The notes beneath the pieces are model-generated. The model made no database searches and was not told where the DNA came from. It saw only the letters and a program-made list of their open reading frames with translations. A program made the position numbers and the translations under genes. Positions 61,344 to 64,000 of a DNA stretch of 64,000 nt are shown in pieces. The first letter of the stretch is position 1; the number at the start of each line of letters is the position of its first letter. This DNA is from Negativicutes bacterium. GTDB lineage: Bacteria; Bacillota; Negativicutes; UBA1444. The DNA lies in contig CAXXIN010000007.1 of the NCBI GenBank assembly GCA_963665275.2, positions 320,001 to 384,000 on the forward strand. Reading direction: 5' to 3'.

Positions 61344-62437
61344 ATGATCAGTACCTCGTTATTGAATCCCTACAAACTGGGGAACGTCGAATTGAAAAAC
61401 CGAATCGTCATGTCGCCAATGACTCGTTCACGAGCCATTGACAACATCCCGAACGAATTGATGGCAGATTACTATCGTCAGCGCTCTGGAGCCGGGCTTA
61501 TCATCACCGAGGGCACTTCTCCTTCGCCCAATGGGCTCGGATATTGTCGCATTCCGGGGATCTATCAGCCAGGCGCAGGTGGACGGATGGGCAAAGGTCA
61601 CCAAAGCGGTTCATGCCAAAGGCAGCAGAATGTTCATTCAGTTGATGCACACTGGACGCATCAGCCATCAGGCGAATATGCCGGAAAATGCTGTGATTAT
61701 GGCGCCCTCCGCTGTGAAACCGGCCGGGCAGATCTTCACAGATTCTCTAGGGCTTCAGGATTTCCCTGTCCCCAAAGCAATGACACAAGAAGATATCAAT
61801 CATACCAGGCAGGAATACATTACGGCCGCTGCTCAATGCAGTGAAGGCAGGATTCGATGGCGTTGAACTGCATGGCGCCAACGGGTACCTGTTGGAACAA
61901 TTCTTGTCTCCTTTCAGCAATATCAGAGAAGATAGCTTCGGGGGCACTATCGAAAACCGTTGCCGATTTTTGCTGGAAATTGCCGAAGGAACCATTAAAG
62001 CCATCGGCAAGGATAAGGTCGGCATCCGTCTGTCCCCCTACGGTGTGGCAAGTGATATGCATTACTACCCTGAAGTTGACGACACTTATAAATATCTCGC
62101 TGAAAAGCTGAACGCCCTGGGAGTTGTTTATATCCATCTGGCAGATCATAGCGGCATGGGTGCGCCCGAGGTGCCCCTGACAATCAAAACTGCGATTCGT
62201 GATCGAATGAAGGGCGCCGTGATTCTCTGTGGCGACTATATGGCTGAACGCGCCGAAGCAGACCTTCAGAGCGGTCTTGCGAACTTGATTGCCTTCGGCA
62301 GACCCTTTATCAACAACCCCGACCTTGTCGAGCGATTCGCCAACAGCTGGCCTTTGGCAACAGCGCTCGATAAAGACACCTTTTATTCCCCCGGTGGAAA
62401 AGGCTATACCGACTATCCCGTTTATGCTTCTCGATAA
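61344..62437 (+). pseudogene. Old Yellow Enzyme/NemA-type flavin oxidoreductase with two frameshifts
   Basis: NRIVMSPMTRSRA / QLMHTGR / [15 protein letters not shown]...GYTDYP in three successive ORFs. Confidence 0.85.
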
Positions 62438-62604
62438 AGCCTGACCGTTACTCTTGCGCACTTGCGACAAGGCCCACGAAGTTCGTGGGCCTTTGCTATG
62501 CCTAAGTATATACTTTCGGATAGTGGTTGATTTCATAGCATTGCCATATAATAAAACCGGATTATAGAAGCAGTTCGAAGGCTTCGAAGGGTAGGCGGAC
62601 CATT

Positions 62605-63759
62605 ATGTTTGAAAGCTGGCATCGGTTATCGCGTCAAGACAAGTTTTTTTTGGTGAAGTTCGTATTGGCTATTTTTATTTTTTATTCCACCATTACTTAT
62701 TTAAGTGCATCCTCTATGTATAAAGACATGAATGACTCTCGGATCAGACATGCGGGGAAGTTGAGGGAATCCGGCGTTGATCTCGATAAAGCCGCCAGAG
62801 CCAATTCCGAGGGGGAAGTGAAATGGTGGGCCAAAGACTATGCGGTCCAATTGTCCGATGACGGTGATTTTACTAAAGTCAAAGTCGGCGTCTATATCGA
62901 TGACATTGAAACCCTTTCTGTCAAAGAGTCTTTTTGGAATACGCACTTCTACATCTGGTTTACCTGGCATGGAGACAAAACTCTGGATCCGGGAGGCAAA
63001 ATGGTTCTTGTCGATGGAACGATAAATAAAAAAGACCTGCTCGAAGAATATCACGGCGATGATGGAGTAAATTACCAACGCTATCGCGTATCAGCAAGAA
63101 TTATCAAGTTTTTCGATACGACAAGGGTCCCGATTGAAGACCACATGCTGAATATTTACGTTGAAGATGGATTCAGAGACGGAAACAAAGTCCGTTATGT
63201 AGCTGATAGCATCAAAGTAAGTCCCCGTGTTCAAATTCCAGGCTTCAAAATCACAAAAACAGCCAATGTGATACAGGCGCATTCCTACAACTCTTCTTAC
63301 GGCGATCCTCGAATTACGGATGGTTCCGGCAAAATATTTTCACAATATCTCGCTGCCATGCGAATTAGCCGCACTGATTTTGGTTTCTACATTGAGATTT
63401 TCCTTTCCTTGTTTGCAGCGATTCTCCTGGCACTATTCAGTTTTTTCATCAGGCCCTCCGATATAGGATCTCGGATGTCTTTGCCAACCGGTGCTTATTT
63501 TGGCGCCGTAGCCAACTCTTATGTTGCCAATGGCGTTTTACCACCTTCTGCCGGAGAGTTTGGCCTAGTAGATCATATTACCGGCATTGGCCTTTTTACC
63601 ATTGCATTAACGATTTGCCTGGCGTTAACCTCCTACCACTTCTATGTGCGCAAAGATGAAAAAGATTTATCGATTGCGATGGATCGATTAATGGTCATTA
63701 CGGTAGGTGTGAGTTGTATATTTGCCAACATTATCATTCCCTTCTGTGCCCGAGGATAG
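62605..63759 (+). CDS. prokaryotic pentameric ligand-gated ion channel homolog
   Basis: VKVGVYIDDI...FYIWFTW beta strands, Pro-loop-like FDTTRVPIEDHMLNI, four C-terminal TM helices with LPP in the M2-M3 loop, extra N-terminal TM. Confidence 0.72.
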   Translation: MFESWHRLSRQDKFFLVKFVLAIFIFYSTITYLSASSMYKDMNDSRIRHAGKLRESGVDLDKAARANSEGEVKWWAKDYAVQLSDDGDFTKVKVGVYIDDIETLSVKESFWNTHFYIWFTWHGDKTLDPGGKMVLVDGTINKKDLLEEYHGDDGVNYQRYRVSARIIKFFDTTRVPIEDHMLNIYVEDGFRDGNKVRYVADSIKVSPRVQIPGFKITKTANVIQAHSYNSSYGDPRITDGSGKIFSQYLAAMRISRTDFGFYIEIFLSLFAAILLALFSFFIRPSDIGSRMSLPTGAYFGAVANSYVANGVLPPSAGEFGLVDHITGIGLFTIALTICLALTSYHFYVRKDEKDLSIAMDRLMVITVGVSCIFANIIIPFCARG

Positions 63760-63809
63760 GGCAATTCTCCCTCAAGTAAGGAACATCCGGAACTTTCGCG
63801 AATTCATAC

Positions 63810-63890
63810 AGGCTTAATCTGATTCCCAGGCGTTATCAGATTAAGCCTAAAAGGGGCCGTACCTCTCAATGAGAGGTACGGCCCCTTTTA
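63810..63890. terminator. two tandem hairpins between convergent genes
   Basis: AGGCTTAATCTGAT...ATCAGATTAAGCCT and AAAAGGGGCCGTACCTCTCA-A-TGAGAGGTACGGCCCCTTTT. Confidence 0.75.
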
Positions 63891-63912
63891 GCATCACGAT
63901 ATCCGCTTGAAA

Positions 63913-64000
63913 TTAGTTGCTCAATTCTCCGTTAAGCGCCCAAACGCGCCAGGCATAAGCCAGCGACAATCCAAAAACAACCAGCCCAATTTTAGCGACA
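63913..64000 (-). CDS. 3' end of a membrane protein running off the window
   Basis: ...VAKIGLVVFGLSLAYAWRVWALNGELSN* followed by the terminator hairpin. Confidence 0.4.
   Translation of the reverse strand, partial: VAKIGLVVFGLSLAYAWRVWALNGELSN

Overview
Bacterial chromosomal window, probably from an anaerobic Bacillota/Negativicutes-like organism (inferred from gene content). It has three parts. (1) 41-12051 is a complete ~12 kb element integrated in tRNA-Val(TAC), with 46-bp att repeats and arm-type sites. It encodes an integrase, two excisionase-like HTH proteins, Rep plus a DnaC-like loader, a RinA-like activator and an Xre/HIRAN module. It also carries an intact tape-measure protein and a Dit-like tail-initiator gene but no capsid, portal, terminase, tube, sheath or lysis genes, making it a candidate tail-hijacking or tail-interfering phage satellite. 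(2) 12.0-30.9 kb is core genome: tRNA-Val/Glu, aminopeptidase, speE, gap-pgk-tpiA-gpmI-eno-secG, two pyrophosphatases, an esterase, rnr, smpB and tmRNA. (3) 30.9-64 kb is an accessory tract downstream of tmRNA. It begins with an integrase-less islet bounded by a tmRNA 3'-end repeat that carries qatABCD and a nuclease-like fifth gene. Further on are a SAM methyltransferase under a uORF attenuator, a repeat-protein/MoxR/peptidase-vWA operon, many exported hydrolases, an antiporter with a terminator-containing leader and a pentameric ligand-gated channel homolog. About ten single-base indels, one of them in pgk, suggest assembly errors.
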